A stretch of 64,000 nucleotides of DNA from positions 6,572,001-6,636,000 of the forward strand of contig NC_135670.1 in the NCBI RefSeq assembly GCF_964188315.1, given 5' to 3'. The notes beneath the pieces are model-generated. The model ran no database searches, was not told the DNA's origin, and saw only the letters and a program-made list of their open reading frames with translations. Every line of letters begins with the position of its first letter. Positions within the stretch are counted from its first letter, which is position 1. A program made the translations under genes and the position numbers. The DNA comes from Podarcis muralis (Eukaryota). Shown here one piece after another: positions 24,402 through 36,240 of the stretch.

Positions 24402-25423
24402 GGTTGAGTCTGGAAAGACATAGGCAGGCACATATTATAGCAAAGAAACATTGTAATTCACAAGAGCAATGAAAATTATGGGTTGCATCCAACTACCAAT
24501 CTGGGTCGACATGTCTATTGATTAAATGGGTCTACATGGAAAAACATGGAATACATGGAGAAACATGGAATACAGCCCTATGTATTCTCAGTGGCACAGT
24601 ATATCAAGAGAGGGATATCCCAGAACATGTACTGAGCATCTTTATTTTCCCCCTGGTTAGATCTGAAGCTGGTGTTGCCAGTCTTTTGAGGCCACTAGGG
24701 ACATTTTATTCTTGACAATTGTTCCCATGGAGTGAGGAGAGAAGTGGCGTATCAGAAATTGACTACCGTATCTGAAGAACCGGGAAAAGAGGCAGGGACG
24801 TAATTTTAGTTCAGCAACACCTGTGGACTCAAGGTTGAAACACTGGTGCAGGGAGTTCTGAGCTAGATGTTCTAACAGCCAATACCATGATGGTTATGCT
24901 CTGCCTCACTAGTTACAGGCATCATGCTTCTGAATACCAGCTGCTGGAAACTTCAGAAGGGGAGAGTGCCATTTCATAGGGATCTTATGGATAGGCTTTC
25001 AACAGGCATCTGATTGGCCTATGTGGGAACAGGATGCTGAACTAGATGGCCATTTGCGTGATCCAATAGCAGCTCCCAATACTGCCATTTAGATCAGGAT
25101 TCTGGAAGAAATCTCTCCCCCCTCACATACAGAATTACATCTCTGTTTCCAAAGAGAGAAGAAATATTAAATCAGTTTTAGGTTTGTATCATAGGTAGAC
25201 TTTCCAGCATATAGGGTAAAACATGCTGAGAATGCGACATTCTAAATCCCCAGCTAACTGTTGAAAGACGTTGGAAATTCAAAAGAGCTAGATATGTGTG
25301 TGGAAGTCTAAGAGATATACTTCAAAGGAACTAGGTAGCACAAATACACCATGGAGATTTAGTATAAGTGTGCATTAGCATTTTAAATCTCCCAGTCATG
25401 TCCTTCATTGACAGGTATAAGTA

Positions 25424-25665
25424 CAGTGGTACCTCGGGTTAAGAACTTATTTCGTTCCGGAGGTCTGTTCTTAACTTGAAACTGTTCTTAACCTGAAGCA
25501 CCACTTTAGCTAATGGGGCCACCCACTGCCACCGCGCCACTGCTGCACTATTTCTCTTCTCATCCTGAAGCAAAGTTCTTAACCCGAGGTACTATTTCTG
25601 GGTTAGTGGAGTCTGTAACCTGAAGTGTCTGTAACCTGAAGTGTCTGTAACCTGAGGTACCACTG
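25424..25665. mobile_element. Tc1/mariner MITE (family A) in the G4 intron
   Basis: TA-flanked cagtggtacct TIRs. Confidence 0.85.
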
Positions 25666-26294
25666 TAAATGGGAGCAAACTGGAGCTTCTTCCGAGATGA
25701 ATCAGTGTAACTATTCTAAAAGCTCTCCATAAAGAATCACAGAACTGTAGCTTTTTTACACCATCAATTCCTATCTCCCCGGTTTGATGCAGGCAATCCA
25801 GACCTCCAGTGCAGGAAATATTGACTACCCAACTCTCTATTCAATCGCTTCCTTCATCAAACCAATCGGTTTCTTTGGGGAAGGATTCTGGCTCTGTTTA
25901 AAGCATCTACTTTGTATACAAAAGGCCCTAGTTCAACACCCAGCATCTTCAGGTAGGGGTGACAGGTACACCCAGTGTGGAACCCAATGTAGACTAGTTG
26001 TGGGGAATCTTTTACTCTCCAGGGACTGCTGAACTACTACATCCATCATCCCTGGCCATTGGCCATGCTTGCTAAGGATGACAGGAGCTACAGTTCAGCA
26101 ACCTCTGGAGGACCAAAGGTTTCCCACTCCTAGTGTAGACAATACTGAGCTCGGTAGACCAATCATCTGACTCAATATAAGGCAGCTTCCTATGCTCCCT
26201 GCTTTCCTACAAACTGTGCTATGTCCAACCAAGATTGACCTTCCTCTAGCTTTTACCCATTTGATCTATGCAAGGACTTGGACAAGCCAAGCTT

Positions 26295-26380
26295 ACCTGT
26301 GTTGTTTTGATGAGTGGGAAGTTGAGAGATGATGAGAGGTGAAGCTGTTGGTGAACTGTGGAAGAAGGAGAGCTTTTATA
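26295..26380 (-). promoter_or_regulatory. G4 TATA box, exon 1 (about 26297-26351) and donor
   Basis: TATAAAA at 26374-26380 (minus); ccaacagcttca at +29; cag|GTAAGC donor at 26296. Confidence 0.8.
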
Positions 26381-27323
26381 CCATCCTCACGGAGTCCCTA
26401 ATGGTTAAGAAACGCCCCTTCACGCTTAATGTCTCAATTATCCACGATCAAAATCTGCTGCTTCCATCATAGTCTAAAATTGCTTTAATAAGCCAAACCT
26501 TGTCAGGATGCCAACTCTGTAATCAGCTCATTACACAACATGTTCATTTTTTCCTTCCATTTCTTCCCTCCGGGAATTGTTCACTGTATTCCGTTGGCTT
26601 GGGAAGGAATCTCGTTGGGGGAAAAAGTGGGCCTTATTTCCTTTTCGTTCTGTTTTTAAATATACAGCATTTTTAAACAAATGAAAATACAAAGAAACAG
26701 CAACTATAACAGAGCCTCCAAGTGTCCCAATTTTCCAGAGACAGTCCCGGATTTACAAAAGCTCACTCGGTTTCCGATTTAGTCCCAGAATGCCCCACTT
26801 TTCCCTAGGATTTCCCTATTTTCATTTGATAAATGTTGGAGGGTATGCAGTTATGCAACCCCTGAGCCTAAGAGATAAGTAATTATACAACCTTTAGAAG
26901 ACATCTGAAGGCAACCCTGTATAGGGACATTTTTAAATGTCTAATGTTTTATTATATTTTTACATATGTTGGAAGCCGCTCAGAGTGGCTGGGGCAACCC
27001 AGAATCTCTAGCCATTTTGGAAGTAAAATTACAGGAAAAGATGTGCAGGTCCCCTCAAAGCAATTTCTGTGACATCAGACATGAGCGTGGTGGGGATCTT
27101 GTATATTTTTCTGGAAGCTGCAGTTAGTCACCTTTTCAAAGCCACAATTTCCAGAGTCCCCATGTTTGTTAAACAGTTGATTGTTAAAGCACCCTGGAAA
27201 TTGTAATTCTGTGCTGGGAATAGGGGTCCCCTAACAACTTTTTGCTCCCTTAACAAACTGCATTTACCATTCTTTGGGGACTTTAAATATCCATAACTAT
27301 TTAAAGCAGCCTAATGATGCTTC

Positions 27324-27686
27324 GGGGATGCGGGTGGCGCTGTGGGTTAAAGCCTCAGTGCCTAGGACTTGCCGATCGAAAGGTCGGCAGTTCGAATTCC
27401 CGCGCCAGGGTGCGCTCCCGTCGCTCGGTCCCAGCGCCTGCCAACCTAGCAGTTTGAAAGCACCCTCGGGTGCAAGTAGATAAATAGGGACCGCTTACTA
27501 GCGGGAAGGTAAACAGCATTCTGTGTGCTGTGCTGGCTCGCCAGATGCAGCTTGTCACGCTGGCCACGTGACCCGGAAGTGTCTCCGGACAGCGCTGGCC
27601 CCCGGCCTCTTGAGTGAGATGGGCGCACAACCCTAGAGTCTGTCAAGACTGGCCCGTACGGGCAGGGGTACCTTTACCTTTACCTT
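27324..27686 (-). mobile_element. Sauria SINE
   Basis: Full length; 12-bp TSD taatgatgcttc at 27312-27323 and 27687-27698. Confidence 0.9.
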
Positions 27687-27875
27687 TAATGATGCTTCAC
27701 CTATATAGATGAGATGGGCCTATATCTTTTTTTTTAAAAAAATGCAGACTGATTCAGCTGAATTGAACTTAAGATGGGGGATATGAGAAACGGAGAGAGA
27801 TTGAAATTCCAGTGTTCCCAGGATTCATTGGGGGAAACCATGGTGATTGTGTTAATGGATATTGTCAGTGGCGCC

Positions 27876-28598
27876 CAGGGCCGGATTTAGGTTTGATGAG
27901 GCCCTAAGTTGCTGAAGGTAATGGGGCCCTTTATATGTCCAGCTGTCCTTTGTCAACAACAAATTGTCACTGCTTTTTGTGTTGAATATATGCTATACGG
28001 TAATTTATGGACCTAATAGGTATCAAAAGCCATTTGCACATAACAAAATATGTATTTTATCAAAGTAACTGTTGAACTAAAATACACTTAAGAAGAAGTA
28101 TATTAATAGTGAAATACAACAAGAAGAAGAATATTAATAGTGAAATAATTATTAAACTCTAACTTAAAATGATTTTTTATTCATAACAAACTTAATAATG
28201 CAAACACATTGGCATTTGTCAATAACAAAAGTTGCTTTAGAAACACAGTTTACAAAGACCCATAATCTAGTCTCTAGAAACTTGCTATAACATGAAATAA
28301 TAATAGGTGTAAATATATGATGCAAACTACGAATAATTATAAATAGCATTATTAATATGAAATTAAGTGTTATAACCTGTACAATGCAATTGTAGTTAAT
28401 ACAATGCATTTTTTTATAACATCAATATCACCATAGTAGTCCACACTGTTCATTGGGACAGCAGACCTTATTTGTTTTTCTCCCCTTATATTTTGGAAAT
28501 GTACATCCAGGTTTTCTCCTTTAATTTTTTTTGGGGGGGCCCAAGAGAGTGGGGCCCTAAGCTATAGCTTGTTTAGCTTATACGTAAATCCGGCATTG
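27876..28598. mobile_element. hAT-like non-autonomous DNA transposon
   Basis: TIR cagggccggattta/taaatccggcattg; degenerate 8-bp TSD gtggcgcc/gtgatgcc; AT-rich interior. Confidence 0.65.
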
Positions 28599-29369
28599 GT
28601 GATGCCTGGTCAGCTGAATAGTGTGAACCTCGCAGGGTAATTCCAGAGTCAGCAATCTTAACAGGAGAAAAACCCAGAAGCAACCTTGTGGCTAGAGGAT
28701 CATCTCCCTGCTTTGATGCCTTCCGCTGGTGTCAGGTGTTGGCTCTTTGGGTTTCCTGCTAGAGGATTCTTGTTGGCTTTCCAAAATTGTCGACAAGATC
28801 AGAAGAAACCAACAAAGCAAGTTAAGTGCCATGACCCCATGCAATCCTGCATTCCAGCATTAATTGAGCCGCTTTGCCCTGCTTGTAATTATTTGCCCAT
28901 AAAGAAAATTGTAGTGTGTGCTTGTTAAAATGCTCAGTTTATTTAATTCAAATTGTCTGAATGTTTTTTCCCAGGGTTTAATGCAAGACAAGCTTAAAGT
29001 TTGCACAGGTTTGACTTAATCATTCCTCCTTGACTTTTCTTAACAAATGTTTCGAATTTGTGAGTTACACAATTCTCAAGATAATACTTCCTACAAGGAG
29101 CAAACAAAAATTACAGAGAAAGGGGTCTCTTGTGTATGCAATCCAATGTAAACAAGCAGAGCTCACACAGCTTTGCCACTGGTCTTCGCAGCCTCTAGTC
29201 TACGGGCAGAGAAGGACTGGTGTCAAAACTCTGTGGAACATCTCCCCTTCTGCTGAGTGAGAGAGGAGAGGCATTCTGCAATCCTGCTTTGCTGCCAGGC
29301 AGGGAGGGGAGATCTCCCTCACATACACATGGCGGTGTGACGCATCTTTCCATTGGCAAGCAATCTCAG

Positions 29370-29800
29370 CTAGAGCATCCATGACAGATGGCCATCCAAC
29401 CTCTGCTTCAAAACTTCCAAGGAAGGAGAGTCCACAGCCTCCTACTGTCAGAGAGTTCTTTCTGATGTTTAGTAGAACTCTCCTTTCTTGTAACTTCAAT
29501 CCATTGGTTCGAGTCCTACCCTCCAGAGCAGGAGAAAACAAGCTTGCTCCATCTTCCATGTGACAGCCCTTGAGATATTTGAAGATGGCTATCATAACTC
29601 CCTCAGTCTCTTTTCCAGACTAAACATACCCAGCTCCTTTAACCGTTCCTCATAAGGCTTGGTTTCCAGAACCTCTGTCATCTTGGTGACTCTCCTCTGT
29701 GCACGTTCCAGCTTGTCAATATGTATCTTAAATAGTGGCAACCAGAACTGGACATAGTATTCCAAAGCGGAATAGAGTGATAATATTGCTTCCCTTGATC
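29370..29800 (-). mobile_element. CR1 LINE 3' fragment
   Basis: [12 protein letters not shown]...GRTRTNGLKLQERR...NIRKN is the typical CR1 ORF2 C-terminus. Confidence 0.8.
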
Positions 29801-29859
29801 AGGACACTATATTTCTGTTCATGCAGCCTAATCCCAGATTCCAACCCTACTATCCAGTA

Positions 29860-30214
29860 CAGTGGTGCCTCGCAAGACAAAAAGAATCCGTTCCGCGATT
29901 CTCTTCGTCTAGCGGTTTTTTCGTCTTGCGAAGCAACCCTATTAGCGGTTAAGTGGATTAGTGCTATTAGCGGTTTAGCGGCTTAGCGGCTATTAAAGGC
30001 TTAGCGGCTTAGCTGCTAAAAGGCTATTAGCGGCTTAGCGGCTTTGAAAAAGGGGGGGAAGCGGGGGGGGGGAATCGCAAGACTAGCAAGACGTTTCGTC
30101 TTGCGAAGCAAGCCCATAGGGAAAATCGTCTTGCGAAGCAACTCAAAAACGGAAAACCCTTTCGTCTAGCGGGTTTTCCGTCTTGCGAGGCATTCGTCTT
30201 GCGGGGCACCACTG
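29860..30214. mobile_element. Tc1/mariner MITE (family B)
   Basis: TA-cagtggtgcctcgcaagac...gtcttgcggggcaccactg-TA; internal ttagcggc repeats; related to 63188-63542. Confidence 0.85.
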
Positions 30215-30663
30215 TATAAAGATTTAATTCTCTTTCTGCTGGTAGTCGCACATTTAGTGATAGCGTATCACTGGAAATCCCAGGTGGAGCTACCTCTTGA
30301 GACATGGTTCAATAATATTTGGGATATAGCTAGTTCAGAATGACTGCTGGGCTTAGAAGAGTTGCAAATGGTGTTATAAAGGGAAATACCTTTGGTGAAA
30401 CCTGGTCTCCCCTTTTTTTATTTGTAAAGGAAAAAGTAAGTAAAGCTCTTCCATCAGCCTCACCAACCTGTCTGTGGAGAACCTATATGGACTGCCAACG
30501 TTTTAAGATCATGTAAAATAGCACCATAAACTTAATGCTATGTTCTTTTCTTTCCAGTGACTGTATTGTATAATAAATATATATATATTTTTTAAAAGAA
30601 CTAAGTCCCTCTGAATTCAATGGGATTTTCTCTCTGGTATGTTCCTGATCATTCTCAAAGTTT

Positions 30664-30664
30664 C

Positions 30665-30706
<42 letters not shown>
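30664..30706. repeat. (TGT)n microsatellite
   Basis: Direct reading. Confidence 0.95.
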
Positions 30707-30708
<2 letters not shown>

Positions 30709-30733
30709 CTTTTCCCCCCTGACAGGGACTCAA

Positions 30734-30982
30734 GAGCCAGTGCGGTGTATTGGTTAAGAGTGGTGGACTCGTAATCTGGTGAACTGGGTTCGATTCCCTG
30801 CTCCTCCACATGCAGCTGCTGGGTGACCTTGGGCCAGTCACACTTCTCTGAGGTCTCTCAGCCCCACTCACTTCACAGATTGTTTGTTGTGGAGGAGGAA
30901 GTGAAAGGAGATTGTGAGCCGCTTTGAGACTCCTTTAGGTAGTGATAAAGCAGAATATCAAATCCAAATCCAAACTCTCTTC
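30734..30982 (+). mobile_element. tRNA-derived SINE
   Basis: A box tgcggtgtattgg and B box ggttcgattccc; body matches 6500-6738. Confidence 0.8.
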
Positions 30983-31395
30983 AAGGCAGCTCACAGCTAC
31001 AATTTTATTATGTTCCATTTATGTGTTGAAGGTGTTTCGCATGATTCCTTCACTCACACATTTTTTTCTTTTCAACAATCTTGCGAGGTAGATTTGGCAG
31101 AGCGGTTGTATTTGGCTCAAGGTGGCAGGTGTATATGACACATATCTGGGTGGGAGATCAAACATGGGAGAAGCTTCCTGGTGTAGAATAGAACGTACCA
31201 ATGTCCATCTGAGAAATGTTGGAGGATATGCCATGGGGCTATATGGGCCTTTGGTCTGAGCTAGCAGGCCTTTTCTTACATTTGTGAAGAGAATGCTGGG
31301 GTTGGAGAACCATAATGATGTAAAAGAGGCCAGCTGGATGAGTTGTAGTTTAGTGTTACCTTGGGTAAACTATTTCTTCCAGGCTACTCTCTCCT

Positions 31396-31397
<2 letters not shown>

Positions 31398-31446
<49 letters not shown>
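31398..31446. repeat. (GA)n microsatellite
   Basis: Direct reading. Confidence 0.95.
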
Positions 31447-31448
<2 letters not shown>

Positions 31449-32174
31449 CTCTGTCATTAACTTGATGCTGCCTTGACAGCTAAGTTGTAAGTGATAAAGA
31501 TCAAGTCAACAGAGCATCATTTTGTCCCTTGTCTCTTCTCTCTCTCTTTCACACATGCGCGCACACACAAACACATCAAGACAAGCTGCTGATGCACCGA
31601 TTTGGGGAAATTAACATTAATCATTTTACATTTTGGGCAGGACAGGTTTCTTACCAGTATAATTAGAGTGCTCATTCCCTTAATCGGGGTTCTGATCTCT
31701 CAAAATTAGTTTGACAGAAACAAGCAAATTAAACAGCAGGTATGTCACCATGTTTAAGCTCCAGGGCACCCCCAAACACGTGGATTGTCTGGGTTTGATT
31801 TTGTTTTGCTGAGAGTGAGAAAAGGAAATGAATGAAGAGGCAAGATATTTTGTGTGTGGGCTTTGCCCCCCAGTAGATGTGCCCCCCTCAAGGTCACCCA
31901 CCCACACAATGCAAATTGGGTTTGTTTTATATTATATTATATTATTTATTTTTAAAAAAATAAGTCCCCTTTATGGATGGCACAGATCACAATCAAAGGG
32001 AAGCCTACCTAAATTACATTGCTGAAACAATAAGCAAAGCATACTCCGAAATTTGCACTTCTCTGAATTTTGCAGTGCTGTTGTAAAATTGTGTATATTG
32101 TAAGTTCAGAGCAATGCTGATGAATTTTCCTGAAGGCGCTTTTTTAAATGATGATGATGATGTTAATTAAGAAA

Positions 32175-32210
32175 TACTACTAGTACTACTACTACTACTA
32201 CTACTACTAC

Positions 32211-32240
<30 letters not shown>
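32175..32240. repeat. Compound (TAC)n(TAA)n microsatellite
   Basis: Direct reading. Confidence 0.9.
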
Positions 32241-32241
<1 letters not shown>

Positions 32242-33143
32242 TTCACAACTTTATATACAAATGTGGATAACAGAACTTAACACTGGATAAAGGAGAGACT
32301 GAAATAGATAGCTTCACTTATCCCTAGAAGCAATGAAGACTTACCAAGGGTAGACCCAGTGAAATTGATTGATTACTCTGATGGCCCTGAGTACCTTGTC
32401 CACTTATGTCAGTATGTCTACTATGATTAAGACTTATTTGAATGAAAACCAATAATCTCCCTTCCATCATACATCTCTGTTGCTGCCACATAATACCTGT
32501 TCCACAGCTGTGAGGATTCTGGGATGTGGACAAGAATCCTTTATTGTCCCCTATGCTCCATCAATGCTGATACATTGTCAAGATGGATGCTCTTTCTGCC
32601 TTCCGTTATAGCTCACTGATCGAGTCCTTGCTTTGCATGGAGAAGGTCCCAGGTTCAATCCTCAGAATGCCCAGGTAGGGCTGGGAATTGTCACCTGTCT
32701 GAAACCCTGGAGATGCCTGTCAATGTAATCAGCACTAAGCTATATGGACCTCAGTGTTCTGTCTTGGTAGAAAGCACCTTTCTACATTGGGAGCCAAGCT
32801 ATGTTCCTCTGCGTCTAGAAAATGCATTGCTGATATCTTCAAAATGGTATCCACTGGGTATTATATCTGAATGAACTTCAACAAGTATATCAAGAGGTAT
32901 CCATGTCTTTAATGGCACATGCCAAATACTCTAAGGCAAACATAAAGCATAGAGCTGGAGAGGAGCCAGATTATTTCAATGATTTCAATTATACTTTTGT
33001 ATGTTTTATTTGCATGTGTGTCAATGGGTCTTTACTCTCCTCCTGCCACAAGTACCAGTCTGGGTAGGCCAGCCAAGCAAGGGACCCTTAGGCAGACTGT
33101 TCCCACAGTCTCAAAGTTTCAAAGAAAAATGTTTGTAGAATAA

Positions 33144-33385
33144 CAGTGGTACCTCGGGTTACATACGCTTCAGGTTACATACGCTTCAGGTTACAGACTC
33201 CGCTAACCCAGAAATGGTGCTTCAGATTAAGAACTTTGCTTCAGGATGAGAACAGAAATTGTGCTCTGGCGGCACGGCGGCAGCAGGAGGCCCCATTTGC
33301 TAAAGTGGTGCTTCAGGTTAAAAACAGTTTCAGGTTAAGAACGGACCTCCGGAATGAAGTAAGTACGTAACCAGAGGTACCACTG
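33144..33385. mobile_element. Tc1/mariner MITE (family A)
   Basis: cagtggtacct/aggtaccactg TIRs; matches 557-798. Confidence 0.85.
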
Positions 33386-34112
33386 CCTTAGATCAAGTGC
33401 TCCCTTAGGTTCTAGTCAGGCCATTGGTTCTAGGCAGGCCATTGGTTCTATCTCAGTATTGTCTATGCTGCTTGGCAGTGCTGCTTCAGGGTTCTGTATG
33501 GTGCTTTCTCTCAGCCCTAGCTGGAAAAGTTAGGGATTGAATCTGAGAGCTTCTGTATTCAAAGGATGTACTTGGCATTGGTGCTGGAAGGTGGCACCAA
33601 ATAGGGAGAGTTCTGAGAGCCAGATAGAGAGGTTGAGATGGCTACATTTGCCCCTGAGCCTGAGATTTCCCCACCCTTGGTCTACATTGACCGGAAGCAA
33701 CTATCCAGGGTTTCAGCATGGACATTCCCATCCCTACCCGTAGATGCCAGGGATTGAACCTGGCAACCTTCTGAATGCAGAACAGGTGCTCTGCCACTAA
33801 ACTTTGACACCTGGAATGGTGGGACACCAGTGTTGATTGATGAAGATACATAATCATTTCATAGCATTCCCCAGGAGGATCAGGTGATGGCGGGGGGGGG
33901 GGGGGAGAGGAAAAAAAGTACCAGAAATGCCCACAAGCCATTCTGGAAGGGAAGAAAAAACACTGACAAGTTGTTAATTATTTCCCTTGCATGCTGTGAG
34001 TAATAGCATTAATGAGATCTCATGATGCATAAAAAGAAATTTGTTTGCCGCTGATTAAAGCCTCTGAGCGTCATGGGGCGTTTCCTAACTGGCACTGCTT
34101 CTAGAAAAATGG

Positions 34113-34199
34113 TATAAAAGCTCATGCCATCCCAGGTTCTCTATACAGCTTCACCTGACAAACCTTCTCATTCATCTCCAGCTCCTTCAAGAGACAGGT
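34113..34199 (+). promoter_or_regulatory. G5 TATA box, exon 1 (about 34142-34197) and donor
   Basis: TATAAAA at 34113-34119; tatacagcttca at +29; cag|GTAAGT donor at 34198. Confidence 0.8.
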
Positions 34200-35222
34200 A
34201 AGTCATCCTTAAGGGAAGGGCTGTAGCTCTGGGACAGAGGATCTGCTGTGCCGGCAAAAGGTTCCCAGATGAATGCCTGGCATCTCCAAGTAGGGTTGGG
34301 AATGCCACCCTTTCTGAAACCTCAGTGAGGGCTATAGCTCAATGGTAGATCATCTGGAGCAGGGACATCATCTTAGGTTCCATTCCTACCCTAGACTATT
34401 GTAGGGGATGTGCCAATGATATACCAGTTAATACAACTTAATGAAGCTTTTGCATAGCGTATAGCTCCATTCTTTGCCGTGTTTTCGCCACTATCCTCAC
34501 TGAAAGGCCTCAATAAATAGTCTGAACCTTGTATATGTTGCAAGCTTTAAGAAGAGCCTGTTGGAACAGGCCCATTTAGTTCAGCATCCTCCTGTTCTCA
34601 CACAGGCCAATCAGATGCCTGTTGAAAGCCCATCCGTAAGACCCACATGCAATGGCACTCTCCCCTTCTGAAGTTTCCAGCAGCTGGTATTCAGAAGCAT
34701 GCTGCTTGTAAATGGTGGGGCAGAGCATAACCATCATGGTATTGGCTGTTAGAACATCTAGCTCAGAACTCCCTGCACCAGTGTTTCAACCTTGAGTCCA
34801 CAGGTGTTGCTGAACTAAAATTACGTCCCTGCCTCTTTTCCCGGTTCTTCAGATACGGCAGTCAATTTCTGATAGGCCACTTCTACCATCCCTCCATTAG
34901 AACTAATGTCAAGAATAAAATGTACCTGCTGGCCTCAAAAGACTGGCAACACCAGCTTCAGATCTAACCAGGGGGGAAATAAAGATGCTCAGTACATGGT
35001 CTGGGATATCCCTCTCTTGATATACTGTGCCACTGAGAATACATAGGGCTGTATTCCATGTTTCTCCATGTATTCCATGTTTTTCCATGTAGACCCATTT
35101 AATCAATAGACATGTCGACTCAGATTGGTAGTTGGATGCAACCCATAATTTTCATTGCTCTTGTGAATTACAATGTTTCTTTGCTATAATATGTGCCTGC
35201 CTATGTCTTTCCAGACTCAACC

Positions 35223-35729
35223 ATGGCTAACTGTGGACCTTCCTGCGCCGTCCCATCTTGTGCTTCCACCCCAGTCGTTGGTTTTGGACCAGCCGGCTGT
35301 GGTTTTGGCGGTGGCCTTGGCCTTGGCGGTGGATTGGGCGGTGGATTCGGCTATGGTTCTGGCTATGGCTCCGGTGCCCTGGTTGGATCCGGCGTCCCTT
35401 CTGCCAGTCTTGGTATTCTTTCTGGAGTCCAGCCTTCATGCGTCAACCAGATCCCACCAGCAGAGGTCGTCATCCAGCCTCCGGCCGCCATCGTGACCGT
35501 CCCAGGACCCATCCTCTCTGCCAGCTGTGAGCCCGTGGCTGTGGGAGGATATGCTCCATGCTCCCCTGGTGGTTATGGATCCGGATTTGGCAGCGGATTT
35601 GGCGGCGGATTTGGCAGAGGGCTCTATGGTGGTGCAGGTCTTCTGGGGTCTAGCTCTGGTGGTTTGGGGGGCCGTGGCCGTTATGGGTTTGTGGGGCGTA
35701 GAGGCAGCATCTGCTATACCCCCTGCTAA
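35223..35729 (+). CDS. Corneous beta-protein G5, 168 aa
   Basis: N-terminus identical to G4; core IQPPAAIVTVPG...PVAVGGYAPCSP; tail ending RRGSICYTPC. Acceptor AG at 35213-35214. Confidence 0.96.
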   Translation: MANCGPSCAVPSCASTPVVGFGPAGCGFGGGLGLGGGLGGGFGYGSGYGSGALVGSGVPSASLGILSGVQPSCVNQIPPAEVVIQPPAAIVTVPGPILSASCEPVAVGGYAPCSPGGYGSGFGSGFGGGFGRGLYGGAGLLGSSSGGLGGRGRYGFVGRRGSICYTPC

Positions 35730-36234
35730 GCTCTCACGGTCTGTCAAGAAGGAGGAAAGAAAAAGAGATCTGTGGTGGACTATTTCGGTCTGATTATAGA
35801 TATGCTGAGCACCCAAACTCCCTAGGCAGTCCCAATGGCAGCTGGGAGAGTGTTCTGCATCCCTTGTAATCAGGCCCATCTAGAACATGCAGCTGTTTCC
35901 AGTTTAATTTTATCTCACTTTCTCCTGCTTGCTACTATGATATTTATTTGCCTACGTCTCTTTGAAACACACCAGTTCGCATTGGGAAGAAAAGCACAAG
36001 ATCCATTCACTATGTCTATGAAATTAGCATGCAAGTGTAAATATGTGTAATTGGGACTTAATGTAAAGGAAGGTGGAAAGAATGTTCTATAAATGTAGAA
36101 CCCTCTACTCTACCTCCAACCTGAAAAAAATAATTCTAAAGGAGAAGCTGTTCACTGGAATGTGTTCTTTTTTGCTTTATTGTCTTCCAGTATGCTTAGT
36201 AGTCACTTGAATACTTTTACTGTTTGAAATTCCC

Positions 36235-36240
36235 AATAAA
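36235..36240 (+). terminator. G5 polyadenylation signal
   Basis: AATAAA followed by acttttctgcatcatagcactgg. Confidence 0.75.

Larger units (their letters stand above)
22903..25060 (-). repeat. Inverted repeat B, left arm (partner about 34575-36810); 22903-24188 is also a direct repeat of 44780-46151
   Basis: The G4 3' flank, coding exon and 3' half of the intron are the reverse complement of the G5 region; duplicated ORF-track hits support this. Confidence 0.9.

Noticed and set aside
29935-30045. Short ttagcggc repeats suggesting a CRISPR-like or telomeric array
   Set aside because: No unique spacers; internal to a mariner MITE in vertebrate DNA.
35051-35092. CCATGT repeated at about 10-bp spacing in the G4/G5 intron as p63 sites
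   Set aside because: It does not fit RRRCWWGYYY on either strand; treated as a short tandem repeat.
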